A stretch of DNA of 64,000 nt from SAR202 cluster bacterium (GCA_016872385.1 VGZV01000003.1:7294-71293), one strand, 5' to 3'. Shown: positions 36,071-46,395, counted from the first letter of the stretch. Program-made: numbers and translations. Notes: a model not told the origin generated them from the sequence alone.

Positions 36071-37318
36071 TTATGACCTTTGTTCCATGGTGTAAGCTGG
36101 CTCGCCATGCTGGGATAGGTCCAGCCCTGTTTCTTCCTCGCTGGACTTGACTGTCAGGCCCATGGTCATGTCCAGCGCCTTGAATATGATGAAGCTGAGT
36201 ATGAAGGTGTAGGCCATTACCACCACCGAGGCCAGGGCCTGCACCCCAAATTGGGCGGCGTTGCCGTAAAACAGGCCGTCTACGCCGGCGGAGTTGATGG
36301 CAACTGTGGCGAGAAGCCCTGTGGCCAGTGCGCCCCACAAGCCGCCCATGCCGTGCACGGCCCACACATCCAGGCTGTCGTCAATCTTCCAGATGCGGGC
36401 GCGGAACTGGAGGGCCAGGAAACAGATGATTCCCGCCCCCAGGCCTATCAAGAGCGCCCCCATGGGCTGCACAAAGCCGGAGGCGGGCGTGATAGCCACC
36501 AGGCCTGCCACTGCCCCGGCTGCTGCGCCAATGACGCTGGCCTTGCCAGTCTGAATCCAGCTCAGGGTCATCCAGGTGACCGCGGCCATGGCGGTGGCTA
36601 CGTGGGTGTTCACAAAGGCGCTGGTTGCCAGGGCGCCAGAGGCCAAAGCGCTGCCCGCATTGAACCCAAACCAGCCAAACCACAGCAAGGCTGCGCCCAG
36701 CACAATGTAGGTCACGTTGTGGGGTTCCATGGCTACCTGGCCCAAGCCCAAGCGCTTGCGGAAGACCAGGGCGGCGGCCAGGGCCGCAAATCCAGCATTG
36801 ATGTGCACCACCGTGCCGCCGGCAAAGTCCAGCGCTCCCAGTCCCCGCAGCCAGCCGCCGGGCGCCCATACCCAGTGGGCCACCGGAATGTAGACCACGG
36901 TTACCCAGATGACGTTAAACACCATTAGGGTGCTGAATTTGACCCGCTCTGCGAAAGCCCCGGTAATAAGGGCTGGGGTGATGATGGCGAACATCATCTG
37001 GAAAATCATAAACGCCTGGTGGGGTATGGTAGCCGCATAGTCCGGGTTTGGTTCAACGCCCACGCCCCGCAACCCGAACCATTCCAAAGACCCAATGACG
37101 CCCCCCCGGTCCGGTCCGAAGGCCAGGGTATACCCCCACAACACCCAGATAACCGAAACTACTCCCACCGTAATGAAACTCTGCATGATGGTGGACAATG
37201 CGCTCTTCCGACGGACAAAGCCGGCGTAGAAGTATCCCAGCGCTGGCGTCATCAGCAGCACTAGCGCTGCTGAAACCAGCACCCAGGCAGTATCGCCCGT
37301 ATCAATCATGTCTTCCAC
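36071..37318 (-). CDS. amt: Ammonium transporter (Amt family)
   Basis: 415 aa. DFAGGTVVHINAGFAAL and VHGMGGLWGAL motifs with the twin-His signature of Amt/Rh proteins. Confidence 0.9.
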   Translation of the reverse strand: MEDMIDTGDTAWVLVSAALVLLMTPALGYFYAGFVRRKSALSTIMQSFITVGVVSVIWVLWGYTLAFGPDRGGVIGSLEWFGLRGVGVEPNPDYAATIPHQAFMIFQMMFAIITPALITGAFAERVKFSTLMVFNVIWVTVVYIPVAHWVWAPGGWLRGLGALDFAGGTVVHINAGFAALAAALVFRKRLGLGQVAMEPHNVTYIVLGAALLWFGWFGFNAGSALASGALATSAFVNTHVATAMAAVTWMTLSWIQTGKASVIGAAAGAVAGLVAITPASGFVQPMGALLIGLGAGIICFLALQFRARIWKIDDSLDVWAVHGMGGLWGALATGLLATVAINSAGVDGLFYGNAAQFGVQALASVVVMAYTFILSFIIFKALDMTMGLTVKSSEEETGLDLSQHGEPAYTMEQRS

Positions 37319-37413
37319 CTCGCAAGTTTTCCGGCGCCTTGGCGCTAGTCACCATAAGCACGCCTTATACCCCACACTTTATTAAACAGGTATTACAGGC
37401 TGATTGCTAATAA

Positions 37414-37436
37414 GTTACAAAAATGTTACATAACAC
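37414..37436 (-). promoter_or_regulatory. Candidate regulator binding site upstream of amt (direct repeat GTTAC-N6-GTTAC overlapping palindrome TGTTA-CA-TAACA)
   Basis: Plus strand reads GTTACAAAAATGTTACATAACAC in an AT-rich stretch about 100 nt upstream of the amt start. Confidence 0.3.
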
Positions 37437-37458
37437 TGTTCGATAATCATTAACATGC

Positions 37459-37490
37459 GACGAGAACAGGATGGCTCTCCTGTCCTCGTC
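37459..37490 (-). terminator. Hairpin downstream of the rhodanese gene
   Basis: 12-bp stem GACGAGGACAGG / CCTGTTCTCGTC (one G-T pair) with an 8-nt loop, about 40 nt after the stop. The following sequence is AT-rich but has no clean U-tract. Confidence 0.4.
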
Positions 37491-37531
37491 GTCACCAGGC
37501 GCATTTTGTTGGAAAGTAGACTAATGTATGT

Positions 37532-38395
37532 TTACTTTTCTATGGGCGCGCCCACAATGCTGCCCCACTCAGTCCAGGAGCCATCGTAGTTGCGCACGTT
37601 GTTGTAGCCCAGAAGCTGGGTCAGCACAAACCAGGTGTGGGCGGAGCGCTCGCCGATGCGGCAGTAGGCAATAGTCTCCTTCCTGCCATCCACGCCCTTG
37701 CCGCCGTAAAGCTGCTTCAGTTCATCGGCAGACTTGAAGGTGGCGTCCTGGTTTACCGCCTGGGCCCAGGGCACGTTGGCGGCGCCAGGTATGTGCCCGC
37801 CCCGCTGGGAGCCTTCCTGGGGCAGGTTGGGCGGCGCCAAAAGCTTGCCGCTGAACTCGTCGGGCGAACGTACGTCCACCAGTGAAACCCGCTTGGCCTT
37901 CACGGCATCCAGCACCTGGTCCCGAAAGGCGCGGATGCCCTGGTTGGGTTCTTTGGCCTGGTAGGTCTTGCGGCGGAAGCTGGGCACCTCGGTGGTGACA
38001 GGCCGGTTTTCCGCCAGCCACTTGGCCCGGCCGCCGTTCATCAGCTTGATGTTCTGGTGCCCGTAGTAGCGGAGCTGCCAGAAGGCCCAAGCGGCGAACC
38101 AGTTGTTGTTGTCGCCATACAGGACGATGGTAGTGTTGTTGTCAATGCCGGAGCTGCCCAGCAGTTGCTCCATGTCGGCCTTGGCAATCACGTCCCGCTG
38201 TACCGACTGCTGCAATTGGGATTGCCAGTTCCAGCCCACCGCGCCGGCAATGTGCCCCTGCTGATAAGCGCTGGTGTCCACGTCCACTTCCACCAACCGG
38301 ACGTTGGCCTCGTTCCCGTGTTCCGACACCCATTGGGTGCTCACCAAGGACTCTGGATGTGCGTAGTCCGCCATAATTTCCTCCTGCTCAAGCAC
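37532..38395 (-). CDS. Thiosulfate/3-mercaptopyruvate sulfurtransferase (tandem rhodanese domains)
   Basis: Two rhodanese domains. Active-site loop CRIGERS in the C-terminal domain. Confidence 0.85.
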   Translation of the reverse strand: MLEQEEIMADYAHPESLVSTQWVSEHGNEANVRLVEVDVDTSAYQQGHIAGAVGWNWQSQLQQSVQRDVIAKADMEQLLGSSGIDNNTTIVLYGDNNNWFAAWAFWQLRYYGHQNIKLMNGGRAKWLAENRPVTTEVPSFRRKTYQAKEPNQGIRAFRDQVLDAVKAKRVSLVDVRSPDEFSGKLLAPPNLPQEGSQRGGHIPGAANVPWAQAVNQDATFKSADELKQLYGGKGVDGRKETIAYCRIGERSAHTWFVLTQLLGYNNVRNYDGSWTEWGSIVGAPIEK

Positions 38396-38519
38396 GGTCC
38401 TGGGGCCTGTGGCCTAATGCCTCGTAATTGTACCTCGTACTTGACGATTTTGTAATAAGGGAGTCAAGTTCCCTGTGGCTGCGCAGGGCTGATTCGTTTT
38501 CAACCTGGGCGCCGGCGGG

Positions 38520-38652
38520 GTAGTGGGTCAATTTGGTCTTCGTCGTTCCGGCGCAAGCCGGAACCTAGTGGCGCTTCTCATCCATATTCTTATCTGGGCA
38601 CCCCGACGAGTCGGGGTGCGATGGATGGCGCCCAAGCAAATTGAACCACTAC
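38520..38652. mobile_element. MITE-like element, family A, copy 3 (133 bp)
   Basis: TIRs GTAGTGGGTCAATTTGG / CAAATTGAACCACTAC. Internal hairpins TTCCGGCGCAAGCCGGAA and CACCCCGACGAGTCGGGGTG. CCGGCGG is present on both flanks. Confidence 0.85.
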
Positions 38653-38728
38653 TTCCGGCGGTTTTGCATTTTCCCAGGCGCTCCTTTAATATAGTGGTAT
38701 CCCCTATTTGTTTTGCTTCTGAAGAAGG

Positions 38729-40702
38729 GTGTTTATGGGCAGCAACCGCTGGTTAAGAAACAGCTTCATTTACCTTCTGATAATCATTGGCGTCATCGTC
38801 ATCATCTACACTCTGCTGCCTGGGTTAGGGGCCAGGAACGAGCGGCCGCTAACTGCGGTTATCACCATGGCCAAGAACCACGAAATCAGCGAGATTATCG
38901 TGGACGGGCAAAAGCTCACCGTAATCCCCAGGTCATCAGGCGGCCTGGGGGCCAGTCAGTTTACCAGCCGCATGGGCGAGGGTACTGACATCATGAAGCT
39001 GCTCCTGGATGCGGGAGTGGACGTATCCAGCGCCAATGGCGTTCAGGTGCGGTTCAAAGGCTCCAGCGGCGTGGGGAGCGTGCTGGGGCTGCTGTTGAAT
39101 TTCCTGCCGTTGATTATTTTCGGCGGGCTAATCCTGTTTATGATGCGGCAAGCCCAGGGTTCCAACAATCAGACCCTGAGCTTTGGCCGCAGCCGGGCCA
39201 GGATGATGCCCTTTAACCGGCCCACCGTCACCTTCGCCGATGTGGCGGGGGTGGATGAGGCCAAGACCGAACTGCAAGAGGTGGTGGAGTTTCTCAAGTA
39301 CCCAGAACGTTTCCTATCCCTGGGGGCACGCATCCCCAAGGGAGTGCTGCTGGTGGGGCCTCCCGGCACTGGCAAGACTCTGTTGGCCCGCGCAGTGGCG
39401 GGAGAGGCGGGCGTGCCCTTCTTCCACATCAGCGGCAGCGAGTTTGTGGAGATGTTCGTAGGCGTGGGCGCGGCCCGGGTCCGGGACCTGTTTGACCAGG
39501 CCAAGCGCAACTCGCCGTGCATCGTCTTCGTGGATGAAATTGACGCAGTAGGCCGGCATCGGGGCGCGGGCCTGGGCGGCGGTCATGACGAGCGGGAGCA
39601 GACCCTGAACCAGATTCTGGTGGAAATGGACGGCTTTGAGACCAACACCAACATTATTGTCATTGCCGCCACCAACCGCCCTGATATTCTTGACCCGGCG
39701 CTGCTCCGCCCCGGCCGCTTTGACCGCCGGGTAACCCTGGACCTGCCCGACGTAGTGGGCCGCAAGGCCATCCTGAAGGTCCACACCGCAGGCAAGCCCC
39801 TGGCCCCTGAAATCAACCTGGATACGGTGGCCAAGGAGACGCCGGGCTTCAGCGGCGCGGACCTGTCCAATCTGGTCAACGAAGCGGCCATTCTGGCCGC
39901 CCGCAAGGGCCAGAAGAGCATCTTCATGTCCGAGTTTGAGGAGGCGGTGGAGCGGGTTATTGCAGGCCCGGAGCGCAAGAGCCGGGTCATCAGCCATCGT
40001 GAGAAGGAAATGACCGCTTACCACGAGGCCGGCCACGCCTTGGTGGCCTGGGCTTTGCCCCACGCCGACCGGGTGCACAAGATTTCCATTGTGGCCCGGG
40101 GCAACATGGGTGGTCATACCACCCTCCTCCCGGAGGAGGAACGCTACCTGTGGACCAAGAACCAGTTTGAGGACATGCTGGCGGTGACCATGGGCGGCCG
40201 GGTGGCCGAGCAGTTGATCTTCGATGAGGTCACTACCGGGGCCAGCAACGACATTGAGCGGGCCACCAAAATTGCTCTGGGCATGGTGAAGCGCTACGGA
40301 ATGAGCGCCGCCTTGGGTCCGCGCACCTTTGGCAAGCGGGAGGAGCTAATCTTCCTGGGACGGGAGATTAGCGAGGAACGCGACTACGGGGACAAGATTG
40401 CCGAGGAGATTGACAGCGAGGTCAAGGTGCTAATCAGCTCGGCTTACAACCGGGCGCAAGACGTGCTGGTTACGCACAAGCCCAGGCTGGTCTCGTTGGC
40501 TGAATACCTGATTGAGCACGAGGCGGTGTCCGGCGAGGAACTGAACCGGCTATTCAACGCCGACGGCCCCGGCGGCGAGCCAGGGACTCCTGCGGTGCCC
40601 AGCAAGCCCGCCCCTTATGCGCCTCCAGCGGCGGTGTCAGCCCAGGGCGGCGCTCCCCAGGCTGCGCCTGCCATGCCCATCCGCACAGAACCCCAGACCT
40701 AG
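38729..40702 (+). CDS. ftsH: ATP-dependent zinc metalloprotease FtsH
   Basis: Two N-terminal TM helices, Walker [12 protein letters not shown] region, zinc motif HEAGHAL. Confidence 0.95.
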   Translation: MFMGSNRWLRNSFIYLLIIIGVIVIIYTLLPGLGARNERPLTAVITMAKNHEISEIIVDGQKLTVIPRSSGGLGASQFTSRMGEGTDIMKLLLDAGVDVSSANGVQVRFKGSSGVGSVLGLLLNFLPLIIFGGLILFMMRQAQGSNNQTLSFGRSRARMMPFNRPTVTFADVAGVDEAKTELQEVVEFLKYPERFLSLGARIPKGVLLVGPPGTGKTLLARAVAGEAGVPFFHISGSEFVEMFVGVGAARVRDLFDQAKRNSPCIVFVDEIDAVGRHRGAGLGGGHDEREQTLNQILVEMDGFETNTNIIVIAATNRPDILDPALLRPGRFDRRVTLDLPDVVGRKAILKVHTAGKPLAPEINLDTVAKETPGFSGADLSNLVNEAAILAARKGQKSIFMSEFEEAVERVIAGPERKSRVISHREKEMTAYHEAGHALVAWALPHADRVHKISIVARGNMGGHTTLLPEEERYLWTKNQFEDMLAVTMGGRVAEQLIFDEVTTGASNDIERATKIALGMVKRYGMSAALGPRTFGKREELIFLGREISEERDYGDKIAEEIDSEVKVLISSAYNRAQDVLVTHKPRLVSLAEYLIEHEAVSGEELNRLFNADGPGGEPGTPAVPSKPAPYAPPAAVSAQGGAPQAAPAMPIRTEPQT

Positions 40703-40720
40703 GAGTGAGGTGCAAACTGG

Positions 40721-41301
40721 GTAGTGGTTCAGTTTGCCATTGCACAAAAGGGATAACAATATATTATAAGAAGGCCGCCTGTCACAGCGTCGGAAGTTTA
40801 GGTTGATGTGTTCTTCTGGATTCTGTCCTTCGGATGCAGTGCCGAATGACAATGTCCAAAGTGAACCAGTGCCACAGATTGACCTTGGTTGACAGGCTAG
40901 TTGGGAGATAAGAAAAGTCAGCATACATCGTCGTGCAGAAGTGGTGATTGACCGGGAACAGATGCAGAAATACATCCCCAAGGCAATTGAAACACTTAAT
41001 GCTCAAGGGGGTGAGGGTCTTGCACTTGCTGAAAACCCAACAGTCCTGGAAGGTAATCCACCGTTTCCACGGCTGATCATCCTCAAGTTTGCCTCACGTG
41101 AGGCGGCGATGGCCTGGTATGAGTCGCCAGAGTACCAGGAAATCCTGCCGTTGCGGCACAATGCTACCCGGGGATTTGCTCTACTTGTAGATGGCCTGGA
41201 CGCTGCGAGTTAATAGCAGGCCACTTTCTGGCAGGCCAAGTGTTTCCTGCTCTTGCATTGCCTACCGCCGTTTTGAGACCGCGTAACGGCGTAACCACTA
41301 C
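40721..41301. mobile_element. 581-bp segment bracketed by family A termini in inverted orientation, carrying the DUF1330 gene
   Basis: Left end GTAGTGGTTCAGTTTGC (40721-40737, identical to 1693-1709). Right end AACCACTAC (41293-41301). The interior 40738-40940 is visibly less GC-rich than its surroundings. Confidence 0.3.
40941..41213 (+). CDS. DUF1330-domain protein
   Basis: 90 aa. RLIILKFASREAAMAWYESPEYQEILPLRHNA matches the conserved DUF1330 core (..EFPS...A..WY.SPEYQ....R). Confidence 0.7.
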   Translation: MVIDREQMQKYIPKAIETLNAQGGEGLALAENPTVLEGNPPFPRLIILKFASREAAMAWYESPEYQEILPLRHNATRGFALLVDGLDAAS

Positions 41302-41302
41302 T

Positions 41303-41701
41303 TCACGATCCGCCAGTCTCGCCTTCTACAGCTGCCCCTGGAGGCTCACCCTCCAGGGGCAGTTCCCGGAAATAAATGCCCCAGGTCTGCATCAGCTCTT
41401 TTACTCGCGGGTCTTTAAGGCTGGTCAATTCCCTGAAGAACCCAGCCAGGGCGTGGGCAGGCCGTAGCTCCTGGCCACACACCCAGCTCCGTTCCGCCGG
41501 GACCACGTAAATCATGCCGCTCTGGTGCTGGCATGAAGCCCTGATTAATGTTAGGTCTTCCCCCATGCGGACTACCAGGCCTTTCTCGGCCATTTCTTCC
41601 CATCCTCCGGTAGAGTCAAGGGCATTATATTGGGGGCAGGTACGGCCAGCAAGGTATGCCTGGCCTCCAATTATCCGCCTCTCCGGGGAAAACTGTCTCA
41701 A
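41303..41701 (-). CDS. Hypothetical protein
   Basis: 132-aa ORF with no recognisable motif. It may start at the internal MAEKG. Called only from ORF length and position. Confidence 0.3.
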   Translation of the reverse strand: MRQFSPERRIIGGQAYLAGRTCPQYNALDSTGGWEEMAEKGLVVRMGEDLTLIRASCQHQSGMIYVVPAERSWVCGQELRPAHALAGFFRELTSLKDPRVKELMQTWGIYFRELPLEGEPPGAAVEGETGGS

Positions 41702-41771
41702 ACCTTCCCAAATGATGGTAGAATGTTATTCATTGACTTGACGCAGTGCGCCTAGCCTAACTATTTACAGG

Positions 41772-42860
41772 ATGCGGAGAATGTATCAACCTGGCGGCTC
41801 CAGGCAGCCGGAAGTGGACCTGGAACAGATAATCGGGCGTATTAGGCAGAACTTTCGCCGCAGCACTGGCAACCTGGGCGGCAGCGGTGTGGTGCTGGCG
41901 GCGCTGGCCATAATTGGCGTGGTGGCGGCCATATGGGCGGCCACGGGCATCTACACCATCAGCCCCGGTGAGGCCGCGGCCTTGCGGTTCTTTGGCGCAG
42001 TGCAGGGAGACCCGGTGGACCAGGATGGCCTCCACTGGTGGTGGCCAGCTCCCGTGGGCAAGCGGGACGTGGTGCTGGTTACCCAGACCAGGAGCATGCA
42101 GTTGGGCTTTCGTTCCACCCCCACAGGGGCGCGCACTCCTTTCCCCACGGAAGCCTTGATGATTAGCGGCGACCTGAACATTGTTGATGTGCAGATGGTG
42201 GTCCAGTACGACATCAAGAGCCTGGTGGACTTCCTGTTCCGAGTGGATGATCCAGGCGAGCCCGCCCGCGGCGTTCCGCCTGGCCAGCCCGACGGTGAAA
42301 CTCTTAAGGATGCCGCCGAGGCGGCTCTGCGGTTGGTAGTAGGCCAGCGTTCTATAGACGATGTGCTGACTGAAGACCGCCAGGGGGTGGAGGCGGCTGC
42401 CAAAACCCGCCTGCAGGAGATCCTGGACATCGCTCAGACTGGCATCAACATTCAGACCATCCAGCTCCAGGATGTAAAGGCCCCAGAAGAAGTGCGGGAC
42501 GCCTTTGATGACGTGCTGCGGGCCAGGCAAGAGCGGGACACCAAAATTAACCAGGCCAGGGCTTACGAGAACGACATCATCCCGCGTGCCCAAGGTGACT
42601 CGGAGAGAATCAAGCGGGAAGCGGAAGCCTTTGCCCAGACCCGCGTGGAGCGTGCCCAGGGTGAAGCGGGCCGGTTCAAGGCCGTGCTGCGGGAGTACCG
42701 CAGCGCCCGAGAGGTGACCCGCCGGCGTTTGTATCTGGAGGCGGTGGAACAGATTATGGCAGGTTCCACCAAGATTATCGTATCGCCCGACGCGGAGTCG
42801 GTGCTGGTGTTGGGCGGCGGCGGGACCGTCACCCCGGTGCCGCTGGGCCCCAAGCCGTAA
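41772..42860 (+). CDS. hflK: FtsH protease modulator HflK (SPFH/band-7 family)
   Basis: N-terminal TM helix and an SPFH domain with a long coiled C-terminus (ARAYENDIIPRAQGDSERIKREAEAFA). Followed by its hflC partner. Confidence 0.85.
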   Translation: MRRMYQPGGSRQPEVDLEQIIGRIRQNFRRSTGNLGGSGVVLAALAIIGVVAAIWAATGIYTISPGEAAALRFFGAVQGDPVDQDGLHWWWPAPVGKRDVVLVTQTRSMQLGFRSTPTGARTPFPTEALMISGDLNIVDVQMVVQYDIKSLVDFLFRVDDPGEPARGVPPGQPDGETLKDAAEAALRLVVGQRSIDDVLTEDRQGVEAAAKTRLQEILDIAQTGINIQTIQLQDVKAPEEVRDAFDDVLRARQERDTKINQARAYENDIIPRAQGDSERIKREAEAFAQTRVERAQGEAGRFKAVLREYRSAREVTRRRLYLEAVEQIMAGSTKIIVSPDAESVLVLGGGGTVTPVPLGPKP

Positions 42861-42870
42861 CCCACATCTG

Positions 42871-43848
42871 TTGCACAGAGGAACTCGGATGCGAGTCATT
42901 GTAATCGCTGTCTTGATTGGGCTGGTAGGCATTGTGGCCGTTACCCAGTCCCTGTTCGTAGTGGATGAGACTGAGCAAGTTATCATCCTGCGCTTTGGCG
43001 AGGTGCGCAACGTCCATACCGTGCCGGGGCTGTACACCAAAGCGCCCTTCACCGATACGGTTAGCGTCTATGACAAGCGCATTCTGCGTATTGACGCTCC
43101 GCCGGTGGCCATGCCGGACAAGGACAAACAGAACCTGGTCATTGACTCTTACGCCCGATACAAAATTGTAGACCCCATCCGCTTCCGGCAGACCCTGCGC
43201 TCGGAGCAGGAAGCCCGCAGCCGCCTGGGGGACATCGTCACCTCCATATTGCGGGATGAAGTGGCGCTGCGTGAACGGTCGGAAATCATTGGCGCCAAGC
43301 CGGTGCTGGACGCCGCCGGCAATCCGGTGGTGGGCGAGGACGGCCTGCCACAGATTGAGGGCACCAACACGCGCTCAGAAATTCTGGAACAGGTGCTGCG
43401 CCGGGTAAAAGAGCGGGTGGCTGGACAGAACTTTGGCATCCAGGTTATTGATGTCCGACTCAAGCGGGCCGACTTCCCGGATTCGGTTACTGCCAGCATT
43501 TACACCCGCATGCGGGCAGAGCGCAACCGCATTGCCACCCGGTTCCGCGCCCAGGGAGATGAGCAAGACTTGCAAATCCGGGCCGACGCCAACAAGCGCC
43601 GGGACATCATCCTGGCGGAGGCTGACCGCAAGTCCAGCGAGCTGCGCGGCTCGGGCGAGGCCGAGGCCATCCGCGTCCTGGCGGCGGCCCACAACCAGGA
43701 CCCGGAATTCTTCGCCTTTTTGCGCAGCCTGGAGACCTACAAGACCATCATCAGCCAGCATGACATCCTGGTCTTGTCCACGGAGGCAGACATCTTTGAG
43801 TTCCTCCAGGGGCCGGGCCAGGCTGCTCCCTCCAGCTCCGGCAAGTAG
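42871..43848 (+). CDS. hflC: FtsH protease modulator HflC (SPFH/band-7 family)
   Basis: N-terminal TM helix and SPFH domain (QSLFVVDETEQVIILRFGE, IQVIDVRLKRADFP). Paired with hflK. Confidence 0.85.
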   Translation: MHRGTRMRVIVIAVLIGLVGIVAVTQSLFVVDETEQVIILRFGEVRNVHTVPGLYTKAPFTDTVSVYDKRILRIDAPPVAMPDKDKQNLVIDSYARYKIVDPIRFRQTLRSEQEARSRLGDIVTSILRDEVALRERSEIIGAKPVLDAAGNPVVGEDGLPQIEGTNTRSEILEQVLRRVKERVAGQNFGIQVIDVRLKRADFPDSVTASIYTRMRAERNRIATRFRAQGDEQDLQIRADANKRRDIILAEADRKSSELRGSGEAEAIRVLAAAHNQDPEFFAFLRSLETYKTIISQHDILVLSTEADIFEFLQGPGQAAPSSSGK

Positions 43849-43870
43849 GCGCCCCTCCTAGAGAGGCTGC

Positions 43871-45025
43871 ATGAAAATCCATGAGTATCAGGCCAAGGAG
43901 ATCTTTGCCCGCCACCGCATAGCGGTGCCCCGCGGTAAAGTGGTCCGCACGGCTCAGGAGGCCCGCCAGGCAGTTGCTGATATGGGCGGCCAGGCGGTGC
44001 TTAAAGCCCAGGTCCACGCCGGAGGCCGCGGCAAGGCGGGCGGAGTCAAGGTAGTACGGTCCGCCGCCGACGCCGAGAAGGCTGCCCGCAGCCTCCTGGG
44101 GTCTAACCTGGTCACCCACCAGACCGACTCCCGCGGCGTGCCGGTCAATTCCTTGCTGGTGGAAGAACTTATGGACATCCGGCGGGAATTGTACCTGGCC
44201 ATTACTATTGACCGGGTGTTCCGCGGGCCCGTTATGCTAGCCTGCGCCGCGGGTGGAATGGATATTGAAGAAGTGGCGGCTTCCCGCCCTCAAGACATAT
44301 TTACTGAACCCATTGAGCCGGTTCTGGGGCTTATGCCCTACCAGACCCGGCGGCTGGCTGCGCGCCTCCAGCTTCCTGGGGCGGCGGCCCAATCGGCGGC
44401 CCAGGTGATGCAGGCTATGTACCGCATCTTCACCGAGAATGATTGCTCCCTGGTGGAGATAAACCCCATGATAATCACCGGCGACGACCGGGTGGTGGCC
44501 TTGGACGCCAAGATGGACGTGGAAGGGGATGCCCTCTTCCGCCACGCCGACCTGCGCGGCCTGCGAGACCGTGCCCAGGAGGACCCCCTGGAAGCGGAGG
44601 CTGCCGATAAAGGCATTGCCTACGTCAAGCTGGACGGCCAGGTGGGTTGCCTGGTCAACGGGGCAGGCCTGGCTATGGCTACCTTGGACGTGACCAACGC
44701 CGCGGGTGCGCCCCCGGCCAACTTTCTGGACGTGGGCGGCGGCGCCGACGACGAGAAAGTAGCCAGCGCCGTGCAGATTATTCTCTCTGACCCGGCGGTA
44801 AACCGCGTGCTGGTGAACGTCTTTGGCGGCATCTTGCGCTGCGATGTGGCCGCCCGGGGCATTGTTCTGGCCTTTCAGCGCAAGGGAGCTGACCTCCCGC
44901 TGGTGGTGCGGATGCTGGGCACCAACGTGGACGAAGGCAAGGCCATTCTCCGGGACTCCGGCCTGAAAGTAACCTTCGCAGACACTCTGAATGAGGTTTC
45001 CCAGGCCATCCGGCGGCGCGGCTAG
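43871..45025 (+). CDS. sucC: Succinyl-CoA synthetase beta subunit
   Basis: MKIHEYQAKEIFARH N-terminus and ATP-grasp domain. GCLVNGAGLAMATLD motif. Confidence 0.95.
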   Translation: MKIHEYQAKEIFARHRIAVPRGKVVRTAQEARQAVADMGGQAVLKAQVHAGGRGKAGGVKVVRSAADAEKAARSLLGSNLVTHQTDSRGVPVNSLLVEELMDIRRELYLAITIDRVFRGPVMLACAAGGMDIEEVAASRPQDIFTEPIEPVLGLMPYQTRRLAARLQLPGAAAQSAAQVMQAMYRIFTENDCSLVEINPMIITGDDRVVALDAKMDVEGDALFRHADLRGLRDRAQEDPLEAEAADKGIAYVKLDGQVGCLVNGAGLAMATLDVTNAAGAPPANFLDVGGGADDEKVASAVQIILSDPAVNRVLVNVFGGILRCDVAARGIVLAFQRKGADLPLVVRMLGTNVDEGKAILRDSGLKVTFADTLNEVSQAIRRRG

Positions 45026-45084
45026 GCCGCGCTGACGCCCTCATAACGCTTGTCGCAGTGAAGTAGCCAGGAGCGAAAGCCAAC

Positions 45085-45972
45085 ATGGGGATTCTGCTGG
45101 ACGAAAGCTCCCGCATCATGGTCCAAGGCATTACTGGCCGTGAGGGCGGGTTTCATGCCCGGGCCTGCATGGCCTATGGCACCAAAGTAGTGGCGGGCGT
45201 CACGCCGGGCAAGGGCGGTCAGGTCTTTGAGAACAAGGTGCCTGTCTTTGACTCGGTGGAAGATGCAGTGCGGGAGACTGGCGCCAACGTGGCCTTGATT
45301 TTTGTGCCGCCTCCCTTTGCCGCCGATGCCGTGGCGGAGTCCGCCGCCTGCGGCGTACCGCTCATCGCCTGCATCACGGAAGGCGTGCCGGTGCAGGACA
45401 CGGTGCGTTTGAGCCGCTATTTGGAACGCCATCCCAATGTGCGTCTCATTGGCCCCAACTGTCCCGGCCTTATTAACCCTGGGGCCAAATGCAAGGTGGG
45501 CATTATGCCCGGCAGCATCCACCGGCCCGGACGGGTGGGCGTGGTTTCTCGCAGCGGCACCCTCACCTACGAAGCGGTGTCCCAGTTGACCAACCTGGGC
45601 ATCGGCCAGTCCAGCTGCGTGGGCATTGGCGGCGACCCGGTCATTGGCACCAGTTTTGTGGAAGTCCTCAAGCTCTACAATGCCGACCCGGACACCGACA
45701 TGGTGGTCTTTATCGGGGAAATTGGCGGGTCTATGGAGCAGTCTGCCGCCGCCTACATCAAGGAGGAGTTTACCAAACCCATTTGCGTCCTCATAGTTGG
45801 GGCCACCGCGCCGGCGGGCAAGCGCATGGGCCACGCCGGGGCCATCATCACCGGTGAGAGCGCCCGCGCTGAAGCTAAAGTGGAAGCCCTGCGTCAGGCA
45901 GGCGCAGCCATTATCCCCACTCCGGCCGACATTGGCAGCACCGCCCAGGCATTGCTGCGCCGCATGCGTTAG
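45085..45972 (+). CDS. sucD: Succinyl-CoA synthetase alpha subunit
   Basis: [18 protein letters not shown] and the phosphohistidine loop GHAGAII. Confidence 0.95.
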   Translation: MGILLDESSRIMVQGITGREGGFHARACMAYGTKVVAGVTPGKGGQVFENKVPVFDSVEDAVRETGANVALIFVPPPFAADAVAESAACGVPLIACITEGVPVQDTVRLSRYLERHPNVRLIGPNCPGLINPGAKCKVGIMPGSIHRPGRVGVVSRSGTLTYEAVSQLTNLGIGQSSCVGIGGDPVIGTSFVEVLKLYNADPDTDMVVFIGEIGGSMEQSAAAYIKEEFTKPICVLIVGATAPAGKRMGHAGAIITGESARAEAKVEALRQAGAAIIPTPADIGSTAQALLRRMR

Positions 45973-46054
45973 GGTTGACATTCCCTGGGCATGGGGCCTA
46001 TACTCTCGCCCAAGCTGGACGCCGCCTCTGGTGGCCAGCGCCTTAACAACCCAG

Positions 46055-46225
46055 CATCACTCCCGCGGCGCCGCAAGGCTTAATAGGGAAGGCGGTATAA
46101 ATCCGCCACGGTCGCGCCACTGTATACGGGGAGTTGGCCCGCCAACATGCCACTGTGCCGATATCATCGGCATGGGAAGGCGTGGGCCAGCGTTAATCCG
46201 TGAGTCAGGAGACCTGCCCGGGATG
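46055..46225 (+). promoter_or_regulatory. Cobalamin (B12) riboswitch aptamer
   Basis: Conserved cores in the correct order: AATAGGGAA (46082-46090), GGTATAAATCC (46094-46104), GCGCCACTGTA (46114-46124), GCCACTG (46149-46155), GGGAAGGC (46174-46181), and the B12 box GAGTCAGGAGACCTGCC (46202-46218). Confidence 0.85.
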
Positions 46226-46315
46226 TGGAGTTTCACTCTGCGCCGGACAGAGACTACTCACTGGTGGCGCTATCCTTAACTGAACCTCAGCCCCACCAGC
46301 AAGATACCAGTGTTG

Positions 46316-46348
46316 AACCCTGGACAGCGCAGAGGCCAGGGTTTTTTT
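46316..46348 (+). terminator. Intrinsic terminator (likely riboswitch expression platform)
   Basis: Stem AACCCTGG (46316-46323) / CCAGGGTT (46336-46343), followed by T7 (46342-46348). Lies between the aptamer and the AAGGAGG RBS of the binding-protein gene. Confidence 0.75.
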
Positions 46349-46395
46349 ATTTGTCCGCCATGTTGGCCTGGTATGTGGGAAAAGGAGGATTTGGA

